A stretch of DNA of 64,000 nucleotides. Origin: the human T2T-CHM13v2.0 reference genome, Homo sapiens. The stretch lies in NCBI RefSeq assembly GCF_009914755.1, contig NC_060927.1. The stretch is one strand, 5' to 3'. Below the pieces are notes generated by a model. The model saw only the letters and a program-made list of their open reading frames with translations. It was not told the DNA's origin and made no database searches. Below, piece by piece: positions 26,698 through 41,317 of this stretch (positions within the stretch are counted from its first letter, which is position 1; every line of letters begins with the position of its first letter). A program made the translations under genes and the position numbers.

Positions 26698-28889
26698 CCA
26701 TCTCATCTACTCTACGACTTACTATTTGTACTTTAATTTTTTTTTTAGTAATTGCTCTAAGGGTAACAATATACATCTTTAATTAATCAGAGTCTATCTT
26801 CAAATAATACTAGTATCACTTTAAGTTGTAATTATAGGAACCTACAAAAGTATATCTGCAATTATTCCCTCCTCCACTTTGGGTTATTGTTGCCATACCT
26901 TTAACTTTTACCTATGCTATAAACACATACTAAATTCCTTCAATTTTTGCTTAAAGTCAGTTATCTTTTAGAGCAATTAAAAGAAAATCTTCACTGATTC
27001 CACTTCTAGTGGTCCTTATTTCCATGTGTATATCCATGTTTCAGTCTGATAGTATATTCTTCCTGCTTGAAGAAATTCCTTTAACATTTTTCTTGTAGAC
27101 TAGCTCTGTTGGTAATGCTCATTAGTTTTTGTTTGTCTGATAACATCTTTATTTCTTCTTTATTTTTGAAAGAGATATTCAGTAAGTATAGAATTCTGGT
27201 TTGACAGTTTATTTCTTTCAGCTTATGAAAGATGTCATACCACTGTCTTTTGGCTTGCATGGTTCTAATGAGAAATCTGCTGTAATTCTTACCTTTGTTT
27301 CTGTCATTCCTAAGCTACATAACTCTTGCTTGTTGTCTTGCTCTTTTTCTGTTTTCTCCCACTTATTTCTTTCATCTATGGTTGCTTTGAAGATCTCTTT
27401 GCTTTTTATTTTCAGTAGTTATAAATATGTTATATATTGTGTTTTAGTGGTTTAAATTAATTAGTTGACTAATATTTTGTATTCATCCTATTTGGTATTC
27501 TTTAAGCTGTTTGAATTATTGATTTGTTGTCTGTGATTAACTCTGAAAAATTTTCAGATGTTATTTCAACTATTTCTTCTGCTCATTTCTCTCTATTCTC
27601 CTTCTCGAGTTCCAGTTTTGCATATGTTAGAATGGCTGACATTTTTTTGCCCAGTTCTTGGATGTTCTCTTCTGCTTTTGTGACTCCTTTTTTTCTCTTT
27701 GTATTTCAGTTTGGTCAATTTCTACTGATCTATCTTCAAGTCTGATTTTTTTCTTTAGCTAGTGTTGAGTCTGATAAACTCATCAAAAAAGATTCTTATT
27801 CTTGGTTTAAATGTTCATTTCCAGCATTGTCATTGATTTTTAAAGATTATTTCTATTCCCTGGCTGAAATTACCTCTCTGATCTTTCATATTATCTATCA
27901 TTTCCAGAAATTTCTTTCATATATTCACAATTATTTAAAATTCTCTATTAGATAATTCTAACATCTATGTTATATCTCAGGTTGGTGCTAGTGATTTCTT
28001 TGTTTTTGCCAAATACATATTTTTGTTGTTGTTGTTTTGTATGCTTCACAATTCTTTTGAAAGCTAAACATCTTGTGTAGGATGATAGAGACTGCAGCAA
28101 AAGGTTCTTATATCTGAAAATTGGCATTTCTTTTTTTCCTTCTAGGGCTTGATTGTAGTTATTCAAGTAGCAGTTTGCTAGGCTTGAGATATTTTTGTTG
28201 TTATGGCTATCTCCAATGCACCATAGGCTTCAAATTTCCCATATAGATTTGACCTTTGAAGAAACATGGGTTTGGACTGTGTGAGTTCACTTATATGCAG
28301 TTTTTTTTTCAATAAATATATTGGAAAATTATTTGGAGACTTGTGAAAATTTGGAAAAACATTAAACTGCATAGTCTAGAAGTATTTTAAAAATTAAGGA
28401 AAATTTAGGTATGTCATCAATGCATAATACATATGTAGATACTCATTTATTTTATCATTGACTGCCATAAGATATACACAAATTTGTTTTAAAATGTTAA
28501 AACCTATCAAAACATATGCACACAAACACAAACCATATATGGTGTTATTTGCACTTGAAAGAAATGTAAACAAATGTAAAAATACAGTATTAAATCATAA
28601 CTGCATTAATTATAATACAGTTATAATATGTATTATAATTAATATATATAGAGTATGTATTAATTGTAATACATACTCTACAACTGTAATAATTTTGTAG
28701 CCATCTCCTGTTGCCATTGTGATGAGCTTGTATTATATTTGCTTAAAATGTCATGTGATGCTAATCATCTCCTTGTGAGCAGTCCATTTCTCCAGGAAAC
28801 AGCATATTCCAGTAAAAAGTGACCTCTCATGCTTTTCACATATTTTTCATCATGTATAGCACAATGTTGTAAACCTTGAATAACATCAT

Positions 28890-30510
28890 GGGACCCATAC
28901 AAAGTGCCATTGGTGATGCTAGAAGTGCTCTCAACAAACAGAAAAATCTCATGACATTATAAGAAAAAGTTGAACTGCATGATATACCATATATTGAGGT
29001 CTGCAGCTGCAGTTACCTGCCATTTCAAGATAAGTGAATCCAGTATAAGGAATGTTATTGAAAAAAAAAGACAAGAAGAGAAAATTCATGAAGCCATCTC
29101 TACAGCTATGCCAGGAGGCTTGAAAACCGTGCACTATTTGTAAACGTTTTATTTTGTATTGAAAATGCAGCTTTTATGTGAGTGCAGGAGTGCCATAAGA
29201 AACATATACGTATAGAATAATATTATTTGAGAAAAAGTGAAGTCATTAAATGGCAACTTAAGGGAAAGGAAGGTGAAGGATTTAAGGCTGGAAAATTTAA
29301 TGCCAGCAAAGGATGGTTTGATAATTTTAGAAGACGTCAAGATAACAAGAGAAGAAGCTTCTGCTGACCAAGAGGGAGCAAATGAGTTCCCAGACATCAT
29401 TAAGAAAATCATTAAGGAGAAAGAATGTCTGCCTGAACAGGTTTTCAATGCAGATGAAAGTGCCCTATTCTGGGAAAAAAGAAAAGCCATAAAGGACATT
29501 TATTATCAAAGAAGAGAAGCAAGCACCTGGATTTATGGCAGAAAGGAATAGACTAACTCTACTGTTTTGTGAAAATGCAGTCAGGTTTATAATCAAGACT
29601 GCCCTTATGTATAAAACTGCTAACCCATGAACCTTAAAGGAAAAAGATAAATACCAGCTGCCAGTCTTTTGGTAGTATAACAAGAAGGCCTGAAAAATGA
29701 CAGCCTTTTTTCCTGAATTGGTTTTATTGATGCTTTGTCCCTGAAGTCAGGAAGTATCTTGCCAGTAAGGGACTGGCTTTTAAAGTTCTTTTGATATTGG
29801 ACAATACTCTTGTCACCCAGAACCCCATGAGTTCAACACCAAAGATGTTGAAGTTGTCTACTTGCCCTCAAACACAACACCTCTAACTCAGCCTCTAAAT
29901 CAGGGGTTTATAAGAACCTTTTAGACTCATTGTATACAGTACTCTTTGGAAAGGATTGTTAATGCTATGGAAGAGAACTCTGATAGAGAGAACATCATGA
30001 ATGTCTGGAAGGATTACACCTTGAAAATGCCATCATTGTTATGGAAAAAGCCATAAAAGCCATCATTCCCCACACAATAAATTCCTGCTGCAGAAAGTTG
30101 TGTCCAAATATGGTGCATGACTTCACAGAATTTACAACAGAGCCAATCAAGAAAATCATGAAAGAGATTGTGGATATGGAAAGAAAAAGTTTGTGGAGGT
30201 GAAGTGTTTCAAGATATGGAGAAAGTTAAGAGCTAATAGACACCACACCAGAGGAATTAACAGAAGAAAACTTGATGGAGGTGAATGCTTCCAAACCAGT
30301 GCCAGATGATGAGAAAGAAGACATAGAAGAAGCAGTGCCAGAAAAAATATTCAACATTAATCAATCTGGAAGAAGGGTTTCAATTATTAAGGACTGACTG
30401 ACTTTTTTTAAAGACATTGACCCTTCTGTAATATGGGTGCTGAAACTAAAGCAGATGGTGAGGAAGGATTGGTTGCATATAGAAACATTTTTAGAGAAAT
30501 TAAAAAGTAA
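28890..30510 (+). pseudogene. Decayed Tigger DDE transposase
   Basis: ORF 29237-29551 KITREEASADQE...EQVFNADESALFW; further in-sequence motifs KVLLILDN (about 29782) and LPSNTTPLTQPLNQG (about 29862); many stops and frameshifts. Confidence 0.85.
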
Positions 30511-30697
30511 CAATTAAGACAGAAATTACAATGTATTTCCTCAAAGCGACACCAAGTACGCCTGCTTCTTCTGCCTCCCTTTTCACTTCCTCCACCTCTT
30601 CTGCCTCTGCCCCTGAGAGAGCAGGACCAACCCCTCCTCTTCCTTTTCTTCCTCAGCCTAGTCAATGTGATGAGACAAGGATGAAGACATTGATGAG

Positions 30698-31593
<896 letters not shown>

Positions 31594-32253
31594 CGAGGAC
31601 CCACTTCCACTTAATAAATAATAAATATATTTACAGTTCCTTATGATTTTCTTAATAACATTTTCTTTTCTGTGGCTTCATTGCAGGAATACAGTGTAAT
31701 ACATAAAATATGTATTAATTGACTGTTTATGTTATTGGTAAGGTTTCTTATTAACAGTAAGCTATTAGTTGTTAAGTTTTTGGGGAGTCAAAAGTTATAT
31801 GCAGATTTTCAATTGCATGGGGGGGGAGGGAGTTAACGCCTCTATCCCCCACACTGTTCAAAGGTGAACTGTACTTTGTGTCAGGGTGTGGGCTGGATTA
31901 TCGAAGGAATGTCTTATTGAGTCTAAGTTTTAAGTCTTCCCTTTGTACTTTGCCTCAGAGAGGGTAACTTTGCATGCCCTTTTGTTCCTCTTGCAGTATT
32001 TCTCTGCTGTTACTCATTTTTCTAAGCTTGTTTAGCTGACATTGGGCAGTGATGGTTGTGAGAGGGTATAGTCTCTGTTTATCTGAATAACCCTCAGTTT
32101 TAGTATTGTCTGATGTCACTAAGTCTTGGGGGTATGACTTCTCAATTCTCTTGTCTCTCCTCTGGCAGTATTGTGAGTTTGGGACATTATCTTGTCCCTA
32201 CTCCAGAAACAGGTTTTACTTTCCCATTCCCTTTCCCCAGCTGTAATGAGTGT

Positions 32254-32733
32254 TGTTATAAATAAAGTTTCGGTGCCACAAAAGGAATAGCACTTGAATA
32301 TAAAATCTTCTTTTTAATTCTCAGCAAGGCAATGTACTTCTATAGAAGGGTGCGCCCTTACAGATGGAGCAATGGTGAGCATGCACTTTGGACAAGGGAA
32401 GGGAAGGGGTTCTTATCCCTGACGCACATGGCCCCTGCTTCTGTGTTGTTCCCCTATTGGCTAGGGTTAGACTGCACAGGCTAAACTAATTCCAATTGGC
32501 TAATTTAAAGAGCGACAGGGTGAGTGGTTTGGTGGGAAAAATGGTTACGGCAGAGCAGGAAATAGGAATGAGTCAGGGTGGAGAATGAGCAGGTGATTGG
32601 AATGAGTCAGGGTAGAGCAGGTAATCAAAAAAGGTTGCTTTATGAGGAAGTTAAGTTTAAAAGAAGAAGGCAAAGAATTGAACATATTGACATATTGATT
32701 CTTTGAAGAGAAATTTAGAACTCATATCTAACA
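32254..32733 (-). mobile_element. LTR10F-like solo LTR (HERV-I/HERVIP10 group)
   Basis: Minus strand begins TGTTAGATATGAGTTCTAAATTTCTCTTCAAAGAATCAATATGTC; TSD gtgt; internal GAATGAGTCAGGGT repeats. Confidence 0.85.
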
Positions 32734-34013
32734 GTGTTTAACAATGTCCTAAGAGCAGGGTGCTTGTTGCCTTTTAATCAGATTAAGGCTCTCATTCTGT
32801 AGTAGAAATATGAGGAAAGATCCAGTTATATATATTTTTTCCTCCCCAGCTCTACACCACAATAGTTTAAAAATATTTTACTAGTAAGTTTTTCTCAAGT
32901 GTCCTTAAGATGTCCACTTAAAAGAGAATTGTTACCAAGAGTAGGTAGACTGTTAAGTGCTTAATATCCTTAACATATCGAAGTAGTGAATTACTTTAAT
33001 AGACACCTTAATATTAGATCATTCTTTCAATCTTGAATAATTCCTTAAGCATAAAATATTGTTTTGTCATAGTTTAGTTATTATTTTATATAATTCTGGA
33101 TCTATATATGTAGGTGAAAATGACCCATATTTTTCTTTTTTTGTGCTATTCTTGCCAGTTTTTTGCATTATGTATAATATGAGTTGAAAATTGTCTTATC
33201 TTTTTCTGTGCTGTGGAACAGTTTATATTACATAAAAATAATCTCAGAACTGCTATGTCTACATTGCATCCTCTTGTGTAGTTACCTAGGTGATAGAACA
33301 CTTTTCTAGCCTGTGATTTTCTGTTCAATTTTCTGCAGCATTTTTATTCCTATCGTTAGGATGACCATATAACTTATCATCCCAATGGGGACATCTTTGA
33401 GTATGAAAGGATGCACCATTAATAATTATTATAGCAGGACAACAGGTGTAAATCATGGTGTTGAAGTGCAGCAACCAACAGTGAGCACATCCCTACGTGA
33501 CTGCTTCAATGTTGCAATACTTAAAGGCAGTTAAGTATTAAGTATGATTCCAAGGGAGAAAATAAAAGGAAAAAAAAGAGAGGTGAGGAAAAGAGGAACA
33601 AAGTATCTCAAAGCTCAAATATGTGTTAAATCCCTCCTTAGTGATTAATATTCTGATGGAGATTGGAGCAGGATGGGGAAAGAAATAGAACATCAAAAAT
33701 GTACAAGATATTGCTTCTGAGAGGGTTCCCAGTGTAATTACAGAAAGAAAATTAATACATAGGAAAGAGCTGTAGAAGATAAACTGTTGTCATGTTTTAA
33801 ATTGTGAAAAAAGAGTGTGTGTGAATCAAAGAAAGGGGTGATAAGTGAGACAGAGGACTGCTTATGTACTCAAGGAAGCTTTTAATTTTTTTGTTTTTGT
33901 TTTTTAATTAGAGACAGCCATAAGTACTACAGAAAAAGGAATTTGTATCTGCATCAAACTACCTAGCATAGTGCCTGCTTCATGATGTATGCTTGATAAA
34001 TTGTGGTTATTAC

Positions 34014-34365
34014 TGTCAGTTCTCTGAGCCCAAGCTAAGCCATCATATCCCCTGTGACCTGCACGTATACATCCAGATGGCCTGAAGCAACTGAAGATCC
34101 ACAAAAGAAGTGAAAATAGCCTTAACTGATGACATTCCACCATTGTGATTTGTTCCTGCCCCACCCTAATTAATACTATATATTCTCCCCCGCCCTTAAG
34201 AATGTACTTTGTATGCCTATCCCAAACCTATAAGAACTAATGATAATCTCACCACCTTTTGCTGACTCTTTTTTCGGACAGCCCGCCTGCACCCAGGTAA
34301 AATAAACAGCTTTATTGCTCACACAAAGCCTGTTTGGTGGTCTCTTCATACGGACGCGCATGACA
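34014..34365 (+). mobile_element. HERV-H solo LTR (LTR7B-like)
   Basis: TGTCAG..CTCTGAGCCCAAGCTAAGCCATCATATCCCCTGTGACCTGCACG...GGTGGTCTCTTCATACGGACGCGCATGACA; AATAAA near 34301; TSD attac / attat. Confidence 0.92.
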
Positions 34366-34493
34366 ATTATTATTATATTAGACCACTTAAAGAATTTAAA
34401 CACTGAAGGAAGAAAGCAATGACATATGAATTTGCATTTGAATATGCCTTGCTTAGAAAAATTGCATTGCTCACATTCTGTTAGGTTTAGATT

Positions 34494-35000
34494 ATTCATT
34501 CATTCACTGCATTTCATTCACTGAACTCTTTAAGATGCTTATTGTTGAATAACTGAATTCTATTATGCTAATTGTTAGAAATATGTAGATAAAAAATCTG
34601 ACACACCCATCCCTGAACAGTTAATAATCTAGCAAGACCTACTTTGGTATATGTAGTGAGACAAGAATCCAACACATTCTCCAAGAGACATAATAAATGA
34701 TTTATCTGGAAGAGAGATAACTACATAGTGCAGTAGTAGTAGTTTAGCCTGAGAAGTCAAGGAAGTCTTTCTAGAGTTATGGTTGACCTATGCTCTGAAG
34801 GGCTTATAGGAATTCACCAGACAGAGAAGAAAGCAGAGAGAAAAGTGGGCAGAGTATTCCAGGGGAATAAGTTGAGAGAAGGCCCACAGGAATGAAATAC
34901 TTCTGAGAAATGTCAAGCAGCCAGAAGGACAGACCATAGAGTATTGAGGGAGTAACTGGAAAAGACAGACACTGGAAGAGAATGTAAGGCCAGAGGTAAA
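34494..35000 (-). mobile_element. L2 LINE fragment
   Basis: attcattcattca 3' end followed by purine-rich L2 body (ggaattcaccagacagag, gtattccagggg). Confidence 0.6.
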
Positions 35001-35979
35001 AGGTTGGGTTTCTTTAGTAGTTACTAATGGCCAAGTTTGAGTCTATTAAAATTATAAGCAACTGTTTTGTGGTGATGGCAGAGGGAAGAAGGTTCTTCAC
35101 TGTGTCCTCAGAACTATCTAAGCAATACCGCATTTGCATCCTATGAAGATGCCCTCGATTCCATTAACTATACATCTATATTGAATTATAGTTTATAGTA
35201 TTTTTAGCTATTAAAGCTCCACATTATTAAGTCAGGAAGTGTGTCCATATTATATAATTCTATATCAAAGCTGTTCCAAAATTACCCTTAATAGGAGTTA
35301 AATCAGTGATCTCAATTTACAAAGATCATTAGAAGCTTAATTGCAAATCACATTAGTGTTAGAGGCCATGTGGAAGTTTAAGTCTTTCAATATACAATAA
35401 TGTGACTCTGAGATTTAAAAAAAAGAGGCCCAGAGTGAAAATCACACACCAAAGAAACCATTTCAGAAAGACAACCTCAATGAGTAAGAGAAAACTGATT
35501 TTGGAGAACTCGGAAGTTGCTAGAACACTTCTGAGTGTTTAAAACACAGTCATTCTAGGTATTAGAATTATAAAATACTTGCAAAAAATATTACTTCCAT
35601 CACCTATAAAATGAATATTTTTTAGTTGTTTTTCCATAGCCAGATTTTTCAACTATCCTCCATAATGTCTGCAATGAATCTATTGTCTATCTTGGAAGCT
35701 GAAAGTTACTCTGAAGTGATGCTTTCTGGAAAGACCATCATTTCTTCTCCCCAAGCCCATGTCCCAATCCGTGAGGCATCAAATCAAGGTAATGTTTCAT
35801 TAATACTATAGAGCACATAATACCTATAATGTTCCACAAACACTGTTCTGGTACATGGGATACATTTGTGAGCAAAATAATTTCTATTGTCATGAAAGTC
35901 ACATTCCAGAAAGAGATTTATGCAATACGCGTATCTAAACATATGTGTTGTCACCTTGGTTTCAGAATTATCTTTTAGT

Positions 35980-36876
35980 CCAAGTCTTCTCGAACTTGAA
36001 TATGCAAAGGGTCATCTTGGAAATCTTGCAGATGCTGGTCAGTAGATCTGGGTGGGGCCTGATACTAAGCCTTTCTAAGATAGTGAGTGATGCTGGTGCT
36101 GCTGCTGTTACAGTCTTGTCAATGCACCACAATGTGGCAGTCTCTCATGGTTTGAGGTATCACCTGGAGTTCTTTGTCTCACGACCAAGAAATTTAAGGA
36201 GCATGGACACCAAGGATGAAGTTGCAGTGAAAGTTTAATAAGAGAAAGAAGAAAGTTCTCCACTGCAGAGAGGGGGCTAGAAAGAGGGTTGCCATTTTAC
36301 GTTGAATACAAGGACTTTTATAAACAGGCTGGTGGGCCAAGATGCTTTATTTGCATAAGGCAAAAAAAAAAAAAAAAACTCATCAGGACTAAGTGTTTCA
36401 TTTGTATAGGGTGTAAATTCCTGACAGTTCCACCCTGTCCCTCTAGTGCACATGCGGGCTCTTAGCCTGAGTTACTCCATGTTGTTTAACCTCCCTTACC
36501 GTGCATGTGTCAGGGGGCGGAATTTTTAACTGTGGACATGCCTGGTTCTGTATATCTTATCTGTGCATCTGCAGGCATGTTTTAGGCAAAACCCCCTGTA
36601 CAAGTTTCCTTATCTGAGTATGCCCCAAAAAGGAAAGGGAAATGCACACTGAAGCCCACCGTGTATATCGTGAAACTTACTGGCTTCACAGAAGGCTTTT
36701 TTTTTTTTTTTTTTAATGTTGGACCTTGCTTTTTTATCTGTGCTTGTAGCTTGATCTTCCAGGCTGCTCTTTTTGTTAGAAAATAATTCTTCTGAGGACT
36801 TGTCCTAAATATCTGCCTAACTTGCTCCTTCCGCTCTCCTTTCTCACTGGTCCATGTACCACATTTGATAGCAAGG
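35980..36876. mobile_element. MER5A (hAT-Charlie) split by the LTR at 36106-36846
   Basis: cagtagatctgggtggggcctga...gtgatgctggtgctgctg | ctggtccatgtaccacatttgatagcaagg. Confidence 0.65.
36106..36846 (-). mobile_element. ERV1 solo LTR, MER4 group (MER83/MER84-like; subfamily uncertain)
   Basis: Minus strand begins TGAGAAAGGAGAGCGGAAGG..GTTAGGCAGA; attaaa poly(A) signal on minus near 36234; TSD ctgc / ctgg. Confidence 0.75.
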
Positions 36877-36879
36877 TAA

Positions 36880-37252
<373 letters not shown>

Positions 37253-38332
37253 AAAAAAAAAAGAATATTTTTAATCGTATAACCTTGAAAAGCTTATATG
37301 ATTTAATCTTCTTTTAGAGATTCATAATGAACATTACCATATGAAAAGCTCTGACAATTTTTCAATAAATAAAACTTTAACTTTTTTTTCCCTAAAGTGT
37401 CCAAAAGACATTTGTCCAGGAGTCACTTTAGTTTTCACTTGAGGGACTCTTCATGTTTGCTGTTAGCCATCTACAGATTTTTCTTTTACTTACCTGTTAT
37501 CAAATAATTTTCCATTTTGGAATCAAAGTTGTAAGAACCAAAAATGGAATTAGCTGTGGTTAAAATTAAAATTACTTATAGATAATAATGGGATTTGATG
37601 AGAAACCCTTGGAAAAAAATAATCTTGTTGACAAAAAATAAGTCTGAAAATTCTAGAGCTTTACTGCCCTTTGTAGCAAGATTAAAAAAAAAAGAATAAT
37701 AAATATTAACATTTCCAGGACCATAAAACTACAAAGAATGAAGAGATTCTTTGAGGCTAGATAATTGTGGCAAATATCTTATGCAATTTTAAAACTATTT
37801 ATCTTGTTTCTTGTTACCATGATCACAGTTTCTCTTTTTTCCATACTTAAGAAGAACAAGAAGCTCTCTGGGATATTCCACTGTTTAACTACAAAGTTTA
37901 CAAAATATCTTAGGAAAAAATACCTAATTGTGAGGCTTGCAATAACCATAAATCTTAGGTAATATATTGATATAAGGAATCTTATTTGTTTACTTAAGCT
38001 GTAGGTAAACTCCCCAGGCTTGTGTTAATTTTAGCCCACTCCTGTAAACAAGCTCTTCAAAAGCCTGGTGTCAATTAGCTCACTATACTACATATTGTGT
38101 GGATTGTTTTGTTACTGAGAAGTACTTTACTATAGGTTACTTCCTCTCTGCAGGCCTGATGGAAATAAAGGGTGCCTCTAACAGAGTTTGATCCAAACAC
38201 AATGGGAAGCTACATCCTTCCACCTGTATAGTCCACAATTTTGTGGATATTTGAGACTGATCCACTCCACAGTTGGATGTAGAAGGTACAAATGTAGTAA
38301 TGTGACTTGCAGAGCAGCACCTATCTCACCCC

Positions 38333-38930
38333 TGCTGGAGCTTAGAAAATGATATGCCAGAGTAGGGCACTTTGACATGCTGAGGACTTTGAGCTTTTAA
38401 GAAGCAGCCTCAGAATCAGGCTCTCTGGCCCTCTCCCACATCCGTCTCTCACCCCTCTACCTCTCCCAAAGCACAGGAAGAAACTTTCTCTGAAGTTCCC
38501 TTACCTGACTGAAGGAGGTTCCTCCAGAAGAAATGCAGTTTTCTGGGACATCCTCCCTATATATAATCTCATCAAACATAGAACATTAACTCGAAGAAGG
38601 GAAGATTACAGTTGACACCACACCTGGAGCCCAGATAAAATTTGTCCCAGGCTATTGTCTGTTCTTCAGGCCCATTCTCACCCCAAACATAATTTACTCT
38701 TCCTTTAAAATTGCCTACAACCCCTACTTCCCTCTCCCCTATGAAGAGGATATTTTACCTTCAATCAACTGGTCTTTCTTTGATTTCCATACTTTGTGTG
38801 ATGTGGTGTACTTGCACATTAATACATTTGTATGCTTTTTCTCCCATTAATCTGTCTATTGTCAGTTTCTTTGTCCACTCAAATTACCAGATCTTCAGGG
38901 AATGGAAAGAAAGTTCCTTTCAACCCTACA
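38333..38930 (+). mobile_element. MER39-like ERV1 solo LTR
   Basis: gcactttgacatgctgaggactttga near start; end ttcagggaatggaaagaaagttcctttcaaccctaca; TSD cccc / cctc. Confidence 0.7.
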
Positions 38931-38990
38931 CCTCTAACACTGAGGGGTAATGGACAGAGGTAAATAATGTTGTTAGTGTCCCTTTACTGT

Positions 38991-39427
38991 TGTGAAAGAA
39001 AAATATCTTTGATACCCAAAATCACTAAGCTAAAAGGAAAATTCAAGCTGGGAGCTGCTCAGGGCAAACCTGCCTCCCGTTCTGTTGAAAGTCATCCCTC
39101 TGCTCACTGAGATAAATCTGATTGCGTCCTTTGTAAAGGCTAATCAGAAACTCCAAAGAATGCAACCTTTTGTCTCTCACCTACCTGTGACCTGGAAGCC
39201 TCCTCCCTTCAAGTTGTCCTGCCTTCCGGACTGAACCAATGTTCATTTCACATATATTGATTGGTGTCATGTCTCCCTAAAATGTATAAAATCAAGCTGT
39301 GCTCTGACCACCTTGGGCACATGTGAACAGGACTTTCTGAGGCTGTGTGACAGACACACATCCTTAACCTTGGCAAAGTAAACTTTCTAAATTAACTGAG
39401 ACCTGTCTCAAATTTTCAGGGTTCACA
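38991..39427 (+). mobile_element. MER4A-like ERV1 solo LTR
   Basis: TGTGAAAG...cccaaaatcactaagcta...gagacctgtctcaaattttcagggttcaCA; perfect TSD ctgt. Confidence 0.88.
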
Positions 39428-39517
39428 CTGTCTACAGAGACTGGAGGTGGCAGGCCTGGCCCCAATGGGACAAATGCTTTACTTTTAAAGCTTCTGCTTG
39501 TGTGTGACTCAGGTAAG

Positions 39518-40618
39518 CGTAGGGGAGAAAAGATAATGTTTTCTTTAGCCTTCATAGTTCTTAGTTGAGATAGGCCCCTATAGAGCAAGACAGATTAACA
39601 AGAGAAAAACAAACATGTTTATTAACATGTGTATGTCATATATTTGTAATTGTAATAAGTCTGTTGTGCAATATGCACAGCAGGTCAATACACCAAAACA
39701 ATGCGTTGCAGCAAAGAAAGACATTTAATTGTAGGGCTGGTGAATGAGCAGATGGGAGGACACCTCAAATCCATTTTCCTGAGGAGTCTGGGGCTACAGT
39801 TTTAAGGATTTTGGAGTGGGCTGACGTGTGGAGATCGTTCATAGGTCAAAGAGTGCAAGGAGAAGTCACGGGACAGGGAGCTGAAGAAATTGTATTCATG
39901 CTGATTCAGTTCCTCTGTGGAGGTCTTTAAACTGCTTGGCATCAGTTGTTCCACCCCAACTCAGGATCTACTTAAGGAATTCTTAAACAAAAGTCTTATG
40001 ATTCTAATGTCATAAATCCTATCTATAGAATAATGGGGATGCAAATGGTCAGTATCTAGTACTATGTGACTTTCAGTTACAAGGCTGTGGGTCAAATGTA
40101 GCCTGAGTAATGCTTCATTATAACAATATTTCAGTCCAGAAATCTTGTTAACCCTGTGAAGATAGCTTCATATACCTGGGAGATACCCAGAGAAATGAGT
40201 AAATCTCAAACAGGTGGCTTTGAGTTCAGGCTTAAATAACATCCTCTGCTGAAACAAAGAAGAATGTAGGGAAGGCAAGGTTATGGGGAAGTGGCCAGAA
40301 AAAGCACTATAAACAAGGGTAAGGCTTGCTTGCAGATTTATGTCAGTGCCTTCTCTGTTTATGAGTCTCTAGTGATTTAAAGTCATCCTTCTCTTCATGG
40401 TATAAAGAGGGAGACATGTTTACAAATGGAGATTTCCTTTATAGATGTCAATTTCTCTTATAAAAGATAACTTCTGTTTTCAGAGCTTCTCCCATCGCTG
40501 CAGTTTCTCAAAATAATCAGCTCAAAATAATCCTCATGCCACAGAGGCATTTTGGGGGTGGCATACCCTAATCTCCAAAAGTCATACTTTGGGGTGACAT
40601 ATTTTGGTCTCTTTTATA
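39518..40618 (-). mobile_element. MER34-like ERV1 LTR, split by a second LTR
   Basis: Minus strand begins ...gagaccaaaatatgtcaccccaaagtatg; other end gtaggggagaaaag...gacagattaacaagagaaaa. Confidence 0.7.
39645..40170 (-). mobile_element. ERV1 solo LTR nested in MER34 (LTR8/MER72-group-like; subfamily uncertain)
   Basis: Minus strand begins TGAAGCTATCTTCACAGGGTTAACAAGA; TG/CA ends; TSD tatt / tata. Confidence 0.7.
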
Positions 40619-41047
40619 GATATCAGGATGTTCTGTTGTTTGGCCGGGCTCCAAAATATATCTCATTCCTTTTTTCTTTTATTTATCTTGACGATTCTGC
40701 CTAATAATGTATACCAATCTCTTTCTTTGGGGCATACATGATATTCTGAGACCTAATTATTTGCTTCAGAACCAAATCTGCATTATTCTATCATAGTTGG
40801 AACATTTGTTTTATATAATGACAAAATCTACTGATGTTTATACCTTTTGGAAAAGGAGATGAGTATTAACCTCATTCCTTCAGGTTTTGCAGAACCAGAA
40901 AAGTTAACACTGAATAGGATGGCTTTCAAGACAGTTATCTTCAAAGTGACTTTTTGAGAGATTATTTCAGAAATAACAAGTGGAAAAAGGCAAAATCATC
41001 TGCACATAATAGACATGTACTGTTTAAAATTCTTCCTTTTTGAATAA

Positions 41048-41317
<270 letters not shown>

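Noticed and set aside
29237-29551. Domesticated TIGD/JRK/CENP-B-like gene
   Set aside because: The transposase frame has many stops and frameshifts and sits within TIRs; it is a fossil Tigger2.
33355-33460. Possible hAT MITE end (taggatgaccatata...gggaca)
   Set aside because: Too short and diverged to name without a Dfam search.
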